10,302 nt of DNA from an uncultured Dehalococcoidia bacterium (GCA_950072105.1 CATMOE010000093.1:1-10302), one strand, 5' to 3'. Positions 1-7,637 are shown, counted from the stretch's first letter. Translations and numbers: made by a program. Notes: a model not told the origin generated them from the letters alone.

Positions 1-1
1 C

Positions 2-77
2 GGTACTAACGTTCTCCGGGTACTAACGTTCTCCGGGTACTAACGTTCTCCGGGTACTAACGTTCTCCGGGCACTAA
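2..77. repeat. 17-bp tandem repeat (VNTR), unit TACTAACGTTCTCCGGG x4 plus a partial copy
   Basis: Identical units at 4-20, 21-37, 38-54 and 55-71, then degenerate CACTAA at 72-77. No spacers. The array may extend left of the window. Confidence 0.95.
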
Positions 78-88
78 TGAAGTGTCCC

Positions 89-115
89 CCGTTCGTGGTG
101 AGCCTATCGAACCAC
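89..115. repeat. REP-like palindromic element arm (CCGTTCGTGGTGAGCCTATCGAACCAC)
   Basis: Matches from memory the widespread GTTCGTGGTGAGCYTGTCGAACC repeat family. Internal complementarity: GTTCG/CGAAC and GTGGT/ACCAC. Flanked by the inverted pair AATGAAG (76-82) / CTTCATT (116-122). Confidence 0.65.
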
Positions 116-222
116 CTTCATTGCTGTTCGGATTAACCCTTTTCCCCTGGACGCATCCCCCAACCGCTACAAGCAAACCTTCCGGAGTATCCCAAAATGC
201 TCTTTATCTGTATCCTAATCAA

Positions 223-252
223 TTGAAAAATTCTAATTCCGGATACTACAAT
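223..252 (+). promoter_or_regulatory. Putative sigma70 promoter for the cohesin-dockerin genes
   Basis: TTGAAA (223-228), 18 nt, TACAAT (247-252), in an AT-rich patch about 150 nt upstream of the ATG at 404. Confidence 0.45.
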
Positions 253-403
253 CATTTAGTGGCCTTTCCACGAAATTGACCTGAACCAGTAGACTCTTTC
301 AAATTCAGCTCCGTACGGTGGTACGCCGGGCAACTTACCCGGAAATTTCACCGTCGTAATTGAGCAGGCCAACGCCCGGTGGTGGCGGTTGGGGAGTGTG
401 TAG

Positions 404-3400
404 ATGCGGAACCTGGCGACGCCGCTCAGTGCGGCACTAACAATCTTCCTGGTAGCGATTTTCCTGTCGGCTACCGGTTTGCTTCAATTGGCTTCCGCGC
501 CTCCAGTCCAAGCCGCCGACGACCACGGCGACTATCGCAATGAGGCAACCCCCATCAGCACCTCGGGCGGGCAAGTTTCGGGCAATATCGACGCCTCCAA
601 CACCGGGATCGACGTGGACTATTTCTCCTTCCAGGCCCAACGGGGCGTTCGATACACGTTCATGTTGGATATGGGGACCGTAGAATCAGCGAATCTCCAA
701 GTGGTCAACTCCATCACCCGTGGCATCGGCAGCTCGCCAGGCCAGTTCGCCTACGAGAGGACCGGACAGCGGCTGGTCGATTGGATAGCACGAACGAACG
801 AGACCTACTTCATCGAAGTGTCCGCGAATTGGGATTACCTGACTGGGCAGGTTTTTCTGGGAACTTATACCTTGAGGATCAGCGCCGATACCTCTCTTCT
901 GGACCGCCACAGTGATATCCGGTCCGCGTCCACTCCGATGGCCTTCGGGAACCAATACCAGGGAGCGATCAGCCCCTGGACCAATCAGCCCGACATCGAC
1001 GTAGGGGTACATGGCGGAGATGATGAAGACTTCTTCTCCTTCCAGGCAAGCCGTGGCGTTAAATATACGGTAGATGCTGAACTGGGAACGGCGACCGGCC
1101 TAACCATCTCTGTGCTCACTTCGGTAGGAGAACTCGAACTCTCAAACGACGGCATCGGCATCTCTCTGGATTGGGTCGCTCCGGCCACCCGCCTTTACCA
1201 CGTGGTCGTGTCGGGCACCAGCCGCGTGAGGGAACCCGTGGGAACCTACGCCATCAAGGTCACTGCCGACACCTCTCTGGTCGACCGGCACGCGGAACGG
1301 CGTGAAGACGCCACCGCCATCAGCTTTGGCAACGCCCATCAAGGGGCGATCAGCCCGGCTGACGATCTAGATTTCTTCTCTTTTCAGACGAAAAGAGGGG
1401 TCATGTACAGGATCGTGATCGAGCCTGGAACCGCTGAAGCCGTAGAGATCGCAGTACACAAACCCGTGGTAGGCACGGATGCCTCCAACAGCGGCATTGG
1501 CACAAGCCTCGATTGGCTGGCCCCGGCCGACGGGACCTACTACATCGTTCTTTCCGCGTCGGCCCAGGTTCGTAACGGTGTCGGATCGTACAACCTGCGT
1601 GTCGTCGCCGATAACTCGTTGATAGACCGTCACAGCGGCAGCCCCGACGATGCGACTGGTATAAATTTCGGAAGCGCGTTGGCCGGCGCCATCAGCCCGG
1701 CCAACGACCAGGATTTCTTCGGATTCTTGGCTAAACGGGGTGTGAGCTATACCGTTGAGTCAGCATTGGGCAGCGCCGTGGCCGTGAACCTATCGATCAC
1801 CAACTCCGATTCCAGGATCGAAGCATCCAACGGTGGCTTGGGTTCCACACTGGAATGGGTCGCGCCCAACGACGGCAATTACTTCATTTCCGTGTCCGCC
1901 CCCAGCCAAGTAGCAAGCCCCATCGGCACCTATACCGTTAAACTAGAAGCGGACAATATCCTACTGGACCGCCACAGTGAAACCCGCAACGACGCCACCC
2001 CCGTTAACTTCGGCAACGCCACGGCCGGCGCGGTCAGCCCACCGGGAGACCTGGATTACTTCTCATTCTCGGCCGAACGCGGCGTCAAATATGGCATCCA
2101 AGTTGAGTTGGGCAACGTCAAAGGCATATCAATCGTCGTCGAAGACCCGGACGGCGCCATCCTGGCGGCCAGCGATGGCATATCCAAGGATCTGGAATGG
2201 ATCGCGCCGGACCCCGGAACCTACTATATCGTCATCAGCGCTCCCGCCCAACTCATAGAGGGCATCGGCACCTACACCATCAAAGTCGAAGCTGACACGT
2301 CTCTCAGCGACCGCCACGCCGAAACCGCGGGAGGGGCCACGCAGACCGGCTTTGGTAACGCCGTGGCCGGCGCGATAAGCCCGATCGACGACGTGGACTA
2401 CTTCTCTTTCCAGGGCCGAAGGGGCGTGAAATACACCTTCGAATTGGACTACGGTACCACGTCAGGGGTATCCCTAACGGTGCAAGAAAAAGACCCCGGA
2501 CCCGATCTGATCGCCAGTAACTACGGCGAGGGTTCGGACGTCACTTGGATATCCACGGACACCGAGACGTATTACGTCGTGATCTCCAGATCGCCACGGC
2601 TGGCCAACCCCATCGGAACCTACTCGCTGACGATCAGGTCCGAATTCAATCTTGAGGACCGGCATCCGGACATACCCACGTGGGCAACCCAGATAGGCTT
2701 CGGCAATGCTATCGCCGGAGCAGTCAGTCCCGCCGACGACTACGACTATTTCTCTTTCCCCGCCGAGAGGGACGAGACTTATACATTGCTGGTCAATCTA
2801 GGCACGGCCACGGCAGTGCGGTTCGAGGTGGTCAACTACGCTACCGGCTTTAGTAAATCCAATTACGGTTCCGGCACAAGCCTGCGGTGGACTGCCCCGG
2901 CCACGGGCGCCTACGTTCTGGTGATCTCGGCCGCGGACCAAGCCTCCGACCCGGTGGGAACTTACCAAGTCGTTTTGACCAGAGGGGGAATACCGATCCC
3001 GCCGCCATTGGAGCTTAAGCCTGTTCCTACGGCTACACCAACGCCGGTGCCAACGGCCACACCCCAACCAACACCGGCGCCAGTTGCCACACCAGTACCG
3101 GCGGCGACAACCGTACCCGTGGCCATCCCGGCCGAGGCTATCCTGACCGTAGAGTCTAGGACCGCTCGGCAGGGGACGACCGTGCTAGTCCCGGTCCGCT
3201 TGGAAAAAGCCGGAGATCTCAGCAGGCTGGAATTCATTCTGAACTACAACCCGTCCATCGTTGAGGTCGTGAATGTTTACCAAGGTTCTCGAACTTCAAC
3301 GACAGCATTTAGCTACAACGCCGAGACTCCGGGTGTCATCCGCTTTGGAACCACCGCGGCCAGGGGCGTGAATGGCGACGGTTCGGCTGCGGTCGTAGAG

Positions 3401-3697
3401 TTCAGAGTCATCGGGCCAAGCGGCAGTTCCAGTCCCATCACGGTCACCGGTTCCAATATAGGAGACTCCCGCGACCGGATCAGGACCATCAATCTCGTTC
3501 CGGGGAAATTGGCTGTCGACAACCCGATAGCCGGAGACGGTAACGGCGACGGCAACATTACCGCATTGGACGCGCTCATCGCCTTGCGTATGTTCGTTGG
3601 ATTAGCCGAAGAAGACCTGGTCATGGACATAAACAAGGACGGCCACGTTACACCTGACGACGCCCGCCAACTTCTGGCGATGGCCCGTCAAGGCTAG
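404..3697 (+). CDS. Secreted modular surface protein: signal peptide + 7 PPC-like (pre-peptidase C-terminal) repeats + Pro/Thr linker + cohesin + dockerin type I-like domain
   Basis: 1097-aa ORF with GGGGAG RBS at 391-396. Hydrophobic signal peptide ends VQA. Repeats carry D(D/R)H..AT...G.IS...D.D(Y/F)F.F...GV.Y...W.AP...Y...GTY. PTATPTP linker. Cohesin signature VPVRL..LEFILNYNP..GVNGDG..VVEFRV. Duplicated Ca-binding loops DGNGDGNITALD and DINKDGHVTPDD. Confidence 0.93.
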   Translation: MRNLATPLSAALTIFLVAIFLSATGLLQLASAPPVQAADDHGDYRNEATPISTSGGQVSGNIDASNTGIDVDYFSFQAQRGVRYTFMLDMGTVESANLQVVNSITRGIGSSPGQFAYERTGQRLVDWIARTNETYFIEVSANWDYLTGQVFLGTYTLRISADTSLLDRHSDIRSASTPMAFGNQYQGAISPWTNQPDIDVGVHGGDDEDFFSFQASRGVKYTVDAELGTATGLTISVLTSVGELELSNDGIGISLDWVAPATRLYHVVVSGTSRVREPVGTYAIKVTADTSLVDRHAERREDATAISFGNAHQGAISPADDLDFFSFQTKRGVMYRIVIEPGTAEAVEIAVHKPVVGTDASNSGIGTSLDWLAPADGTYYIVLSASAQVRNGVGSYNLRVVADNSLIDRHSGSPDDATGINFGSALAGAISPANDQDFFGFLAKRGVSYTVESALGSAVAVNLSITNSDSRIEASNGGLGSTLEWVAPNDGNYFISVSAPSQVASPIGTYTVKLEADNILLDRHSETRNDATPVNFGNATAGAVSPPGDLDYFSFSAERGVKYGIQVELGNVKGISIVVEDPDGAILAASDGISKDLEWIAPDPGTYYIVISAPAQLIEGIGTYTIKVEADTSLSDRHAETAGGATQTGFGNAVAGAISPIDDVDYFSFQGRRGVKYTFELDYGTTSGVSLTVQEKDPGPDLIASNYGEGSDVTWISTDTETYYVVISRSPRLANPIGTYSLTIRSEFNLEDRHPDIPTWATQIGFGNAIAGAVSPADDYDYFSFPAERDETYTLLVNLGTATAVRFEVVNYATGFSKSNYGSGTSLRWTAPATGAYVLVISAADQASDPVGTYQVVLTRGGIPIPPPLELKPVPTATPTPVPTATPQPTPAPVATPVPAATTVPVAIPAEAILTVESRTARQGTTVLVPVRLEKAGDLSRLEFILNYNPSIVEVVNVYQGSRTSTTAFSYNAETPGVIRFGTTAARGVNGDGSAAVVEFRVIGPSGSSSPITVTGSNIGDSRDRIRTINLVPGKLAVDNPIAGDGNGDGNITALDALIALRMFVGLAEEDLVMDINKDGHVTPDDARQLLAMARQG
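518..2989 (+). repeat. Seven tandem ~114-128 aa PPC-like protein repeats
   Basis: DDH/DRH-initiated units start at 518, 902, 1283, 1625, 1967, 2309 and 2657 (spacings 384, 381, 342, 342, 342, 348 nt). Confidence 0.88.
3140..3517 (+). other. Cohesin domain of the large surface protein
   Basis: ILTVESRTARQGTTVLVPVRL...LEFILNYNPSIVEVVNVYQG...NGDGSAAVVEFRVIG...PGKLAV follows the cohesin beta-sandwich pattern. Confidence 0.85.
3533..3694 (+). other. Dockerin domain (C-terminal)
   Basis: GDGNGDGNITALDALIALRMFVG...DINKDGHVTPDDARQLLAMA: two DxNxDGx(I/V)xxxD loops, each followed by an amphipathic helix. Confidence 0.9.
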
Positions 3698-3706
3698 GAA
3701 GCAAAC

Positions 3707-4387
3707 ATGAGATTTTGGCTGGAAATGGGATTATTCGCTCTGTCGGACCATTGGAAATGGGCCGTTGGCGCGGCAACGGTCTTATTGGTGGTAGTCGTTG
3801 GCACTCTCTTTTTAGTCGTTCTGAGGAGTGACACTGCCGAGGCCGGCCCGGCTCCTTCAGTGATTCTTGAACCCACGGCAACCCCGGACGAGGCCTCGAC
3901 TCCGATCCCCACATCGCCGCCTAAGGTGATCGCGACTAGGTCACCCACGGCAGTCCCAACGCTGTCTCCGCAGCTAGCAGATCCCGTGGTGTTACCTTCA
4001 ACGGTCAACGTGCCGATCTATCTCACCGGCGCGAAAAACGTGGGAAGCCTGGAATTCGTTTTGACCTACGACCCAACCGTTCTAGAGGTGTCAGATGTTG
4101 AAGCAGGCGGTTTGGCTCAGAACTCCTTGTTCGACTTCGGAGTGCGCGTGCCAGGCCGTCTGTGGGCAGGGCTCATAGACACTGACGGGATCAACGGCGA
4201 CGGCCCGCTGGCGGTAGTTTCCTTCAAAGTCATCGGTCCGGGATCCAGCGCCAGCCAGTTGACTCTGGAAAACGTTGCCACGTACGATGCCAGGTCCTTG
4301 CTGGACATCCTGACGGATGCCACATCGGGTAGCTTTACCGTTGATGGCCCCACCTTGACCGCCCCGGTCCTCGCTTTTCCTCGTTAG
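3707..4387 (+). CDS. Membrane-anchored single-cohesin protein (N-terminal TM helix + Pro/Thr linker + cohesin)
   Basis: 226-aa ORF 9 nt after the previous stop, AGGA RBS. Hydrophobic WAVGAATVLLVVVVGTLFLVVL. PT-rich linker. Cohesin VNVPIYL..LEFVLTYDPTVLEV..GINGDGPLAVVSFKVIG aligns without gaps to the upstream cohesin. Confidence 0.88.
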   Translation: MRFWLEMGLFALSDHWKWAVGAATVLLVVVVGTLFLVVLRSDTAEAGPAPSVILEPTATPDEASTPIPTSPPKVIATRSPTAVPTLSPQLADPVVLPSTVNVPIYLTGAKNVGSLEFVLTYDPTVLEVSDVEAGGLAQNSLFDFGVRVPGRLWAGLIDTDGINGDGPLAVVSFKVIGPGSSASQLTLENVATYDARSLLDILTDATSGSFTVDGPTLTAPVLAFPR

Positions 4388-4548
4388 CCGCCGGCTGTGT
4401 CCGGCCCGGACGATTCTCTTGTTGGAACGTCCTCTAGCCGAGCCGGATTCTTGTGTTAAGCAGATCCGGTCCTTAGCAGATAGTTGTCCCTACGTGATTG
4501 GCTTTCCCGTGCTACATTGTCCATTGAGACTTGTATGAAGGACGTCAA

Positions 4549-6084
4549 TTGACCGATCTCTGTCACTATGGCCTCGTCCTAAGATTGATGCCGGGAACGA
4601 TTTTGGCGTCGGCGCTGATCCTGACCGGCTTACTGGTGTCACTGGCCTGCTCCAACACGTCCGGCTCCATTGATACGGCTACGCCCACGCGCCTTCCCAC
4701 CCTCACCGCGATCCCTACCCCCACCGCTAATCTCCTACCCAGTCCGTCCCGCACTGTTTACTCCTCCGGCGCAACCGAACCTACGCCGGAGAAACTAGCT
4801 AGCCCCGCAGAGCCTGCGGCGACGCAACCGGCTACACCTGCTCCTGAACCCACGAACCGGCCTGTCCATAGCGATCCGGTCGCTCCGGCGGCTATAGGTT
4901 CTACAGAAGCGCGGACGGCCGATCCTCGATTGACCCGAATCGTCCAGAAAATATCGGTGGGAGTGGCTGAGACCCGTGGTCTCACTTTCCTGGAGCCGTT
5001 AGCGCCGCAGTTAATCACTCGCCCGGAGTTAACCGAATACCTGGCCGCAATCATCGACGCCGAAGACCAGGACGAATTGGCGCGTCTTCAGGAGTTGTAT
5101 TGGCTCCTGGGACTCCTGGACCCGTCAGTGGAGCTTTATGATTTGTTCCTGGATCTGCTGGGGGAGCAGGTCCTGGGATTGTTTAATCTGGAGACTGACG
5201 AACTACTCGTAGTCGCTGAAACCCTACCCCTGGACACCGCCGGGAAATTGACCATGGCTCACGAGTTGGTCCATGCTTTGCAGCAGCAACGATTCGATGC
5301 CCGGCGACTGGTGGAAGAATCGGAAACCAATCAAGACCGGGAATTGGCGATGACAGCTCTGCTTGAGGGCGACGCCACCGTGGCTTCAGGCCTATACGCT
5401 GCCGCCAATCTGAGTATGGCCGAAATGTTGGACCTGCTGCCAAAGGCGGAAGATTCGGAGGTACAGGTGTTTCAAAGCGCCCCGCCGGTGATTCAGAAAA
5501 CCCTGCTTTCCCCCTACCAAGCGGGCGCTGAGTTCGTGTCTTCGGTTCAGCAGGCGCCCGGCATCTGGCGTCAGGTGAACCAGATCTACTCTCGGCCTCC
5601 AGTTTCCACCGAGCAGATATTGCATCCGGCGAAATACAAGTCGGGAGAGAACCCTATACCGGTGTCACTGCCTCCCGGAGGTCCGGCGATCCAGGAAGAC
5701 TGGGAATTGGTTATGGAGGATGTCCTGGGCGAGTTTCTTCTGCGCACTTACTTGGAATCCAGTTTGCCCCGTCCACAAGCCGTGAAGGCCGCCAGCGGCT
5801 GGGGAGGAGACCGTTTTCGGCTGCTAAGAGACGATTCCGGACGCCGCCTGTTCGTCGTGGTGATCGTGTGGGACACAATCATCGATGCTCGTGAGTTCTT
5901 TGAGGCTTATAAGGAATTTACCGGTCGGGCCCAACGATGGGAAAGCCATGAAGAGGACGGAAACATGGCGGTTTGGCACACGCCCGGCCGGTCGGTACTT
6001 CTTGAGTTGAAGGGTGAGATTACGTTGATCGGCATCGCACCCGGCCAGGATACCCTAGACTTGATCGCCAAGGATTTTCCTTAA
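4549..6084 (+). CDS. Putative lipoprotein zinc metallopeptidase-like surface protein (HExxH...E; resembles Hvo_1808-type proteins)
   Basis: Lipobox VSLA-C after a hydrophobic stretch. Long Pro/Thr/Ala stalk. TMAHELVHALQQQ (5260-5274) and downstream ALLEGDAT, PxSTEQILHP and AASGWGGD motifs. Start uncertain: TTG 4549 has a GAAGGA RBS; TTG 4531 and ATG 4588 are alternatives. Confidence 0.8.
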   Translation: MTDLCHYGLVLRLMPGTILASALILTGLLVSLACSNTSGSIDTATPTRLPTLTAIPTPTANLLPSPSRTVYSSGATEPTPEKLASPAEPAATQPATPAPEPTNRPVHSDPVAPAAIGSTEARTADPRLTRIVQKISVGVAETRGLTFLEPLAPQLITRPELTEYLAAIIDAEDQDELARLQELYWLLGLLDPSVELYDLFLDLLGEQVLGLFNLETDELLVVAETLPLDTAGKLTMAHELVHALQQQRFDARRLVEESETNQDRELAMTALLEGDATVASGLYAAANLSMAEMLDLLPKAEDSEVQVFQSAPPVIQKTLLSPYQAGAEFVSSVQQAPGIWRQVNQIYSRPPVSTEQILHPAKYKSGENPIPVSLPPGGPAIQEDWELVMEDVLGEFLLRTYLESSLPRPQAVKAASGWGGDRFRLLRDDSGRRLFVVVIVWDTIIDAREFFEAYKEFTGRAQRWESHEEDGNMAVWHTPGRSVLLELKGEITLIGIAPGQDTLDLIAKDFP

Positions 6085-6126
6085 CCGGCGTTCGTCCCGC
6101 GCATCCCATCCTCGGGCCTCGGATCG

Positions 6127-6155
6127 TTGACACCGTATTGCCTCAAGAATACACT
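6127..6155 (+). promoter_or_regulatory. sigma70 promoter of the exonuclease gene
   Basis: TTGACA (6127-6132), 17 nt, TACACT (6150-6155). Confidence 0.75.
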
Positions 6156-6213
6156 GCCAATCCAAGCCCCAAACTCGCTGCCACTTGTAACTTAAGGAAA
6201 ATAAGCAGGCGCC

Positions 6214-7095
6214 ATGAACATCCACCTTGTAGACGGAACTTACGAGCTTTTCCGTGCGCATTTCGCCATGCCTCCGGTAGCCGCGCCCGATGGACGGCCG
6301 GTCAGCGCGGTCCGAGGAATCATCCAAACCATGCTGATGCTACTCCGGGAAGACGGTGTTACCCACGTGGCCTGTGCCTTCGACCACGTGGTCGAGTCCT
6401 TTCGGAATGACATGTTTGACGGCTACAAAACCGGCGCCGGCACGCCCGAAGATCTAATGAGCCAATTCGATCTGGCAGAACGAGCCGTCGCCGCCTTGGG
6501 TGTTGTTGTTTGGCCCATGGTGGAGTTTGAAGCCGACGATGCCTTGGCAACCGCCGCGGAAAAATGGCGGGACGCCCCGAACGTGGAGCAGGTTGTGATC
6601 TGCTCCCCGGACAAGGACCTAACTCAAATGGTGCGCGGCTCCCAGGTTGTCTGTCTCGACAGGCGACGGAAAGTTACTTTGGACGACGCCGGCGTGCGGG
6701 AGAAATTCGGAGTGCCTCCCGCGTCTATCCCCGATTATCTGGCTTTAGTTGGAGATGCCGCCGACGGGATTCCCGGCGTGCCCAGATGGGGGGCCAAAAC
6801 TGCGGCCCAGATGTTGGACCGGTACGGCCACCTGGAAAACATCCCTGATGATTGGGAACAATGGGAGGTCCGGCCCCGGGGCGCCCAAGCCGTGGCAGCC
6901 AGCTTGGCGGAGCACCGTGAGGATGCCGTGCTTTACAAACGGCTGGCTACGCTCCGGTTAGACGTGCCCTTGGCGGAAACCCTGGAACAACTACGTTGGG
7001 AAGGCGTTCCCAAGCTAGAGTATCAGGCCTTGTGCGCCGAGCTAGGGTTTGAAAGCTTGATGGACTTGCCCAGCCGCTGGACCGGAGAGGGGTAG
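6214..7095 (+). CDS. Stand-alone 5'-3' exonuclease / flap endonuclease (PolA N-terminal-like, PIN + H3TH)
   Basis: Motifs HLVDG, AFD, FRNDMFDGYK, EADD, SPDKDLTQ and DYLALVGDAADGIPGVPRWGAKTA. The protein ends at 293 aa with no polymerase domain. Confidence 0.93.
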   Translation: MNIHLVDGTYELFRAHFAMPPVAAPDGRPVSAVRGIIQTMLMLLREDGVTHVACAFDHVVESFRNDMFDGYKTGAGTPEDLMSQFDLAERAVAALGVVVWPMVEFEADDALATAAEKWRDAPNVEQVVICSPDKDLTQMVRGSQVVCLDRRRKVTLDDAGVREKFGVPPASIPDYLALVGDAADGIPGVPRWGAKTAAQMLDRYGHLENIPDDWEQWEVRPRGAQAVAASLAEHREDAVLYKRLATLRLDVPLAETLEQLRWEGVPKLEYQALCAELGFESLMDLPSRWTGEG

Positions 7096-7181
7096 TATCC
7101 AAGCCGGGGATTCTAGCCTACAATGCAGCCCGTATATTCTTAGTACGCAAAATCAAGCTCAACGACAGATGGAGGTAATAA

Positions 7182-7598
7182 ATGGCAACGTTGACGATGG
7201 CCGAGACGGACATAATTCTCGCTGCGGCCAAGGCTAAAGTGCTTGAGATGGGCGCCAAGATGAGCGTTTCCGTGGTTGACCCCCGGGGCGACCTACTCGG
7301 CATGTTCCGCACCGATGGCGCGTCCTGGAGGACGCCGGCGATATCACGTGCGAAAGCGCTATCTTCCGCCTGCTTCGAACGTCCCAGCGGCGACCTGACA
7401 GAGAACGCGATGGCGCCGGTGTTCAGAGGCCTGATGGCGATGGAAGGGGGCCACATGATCCCCGGCCAAGGCGCACTGCCGGTCTTCAAGAACGGCGAGA
7501 TTGTCGGGGCGGTCGGCGGCAGCGGCGGCACTGCCCAGCAGGATGAAGACGCGTCCAAGGTGGGGATCGACGCCGTTGGGCTAACTACCACCCCTTAA
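7182..7598 (+). CDS. GlcG/HbpS-family heme-binding protein (DUF336)
   Basis: GGAGG RBS. Motifs VSVVDPRG, RTDGA, AKA, GALPVFKNGEIVGAVGGSGG and QDE. Confidence 0.9.
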   Translation: MATLTMAETDIILAAAKAKVLEMGAKMSVSVVDPRGDLLGMFRTDGASWRTPAISRAKALSSACFERPSGDLTENAMAPVFRGLMAMEGGHMIPGQGALPVFKNGEIVGAVGGSGGTAQQDEDASKVGIDAVGLTTTP

Positions 7599-7637
7599 CG
7601 AGTCCGTTGACCCAAATGGGATGTCTAGAGCCTTAAA

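Noticed and set aside
4..61. TACTAAC matches the yeast intron branch point
   Set aside because: Bacterial context; coincidental.
2..77. CRISPR array or plasmid iterons
   Set aside because: No spacers and the unit is too short for CRISPR. There is no rep gene or clear DnaA box, and a 17-bp period is off helical phase for iterons.
82..279. 65-aa ORF
   Set aside because: It runs through the REP-like arm and the promoter region, with no RBS or recognisable motif.
404..4387. True cellulosome scaffoldin
   Set aside because: One cohesin per protein, and no recognisable CBM3 or glycoside hydrolase in the window.
7118..7591. 157-aa minus-strand ORF and similar shadow ORFs (e.g. 3313-3636, 8090-8545, 8576-9043, 8610-9080)
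   Set aside because: Antisense or alternate-frame to well-supported genes; expected in GC-rich DNA.
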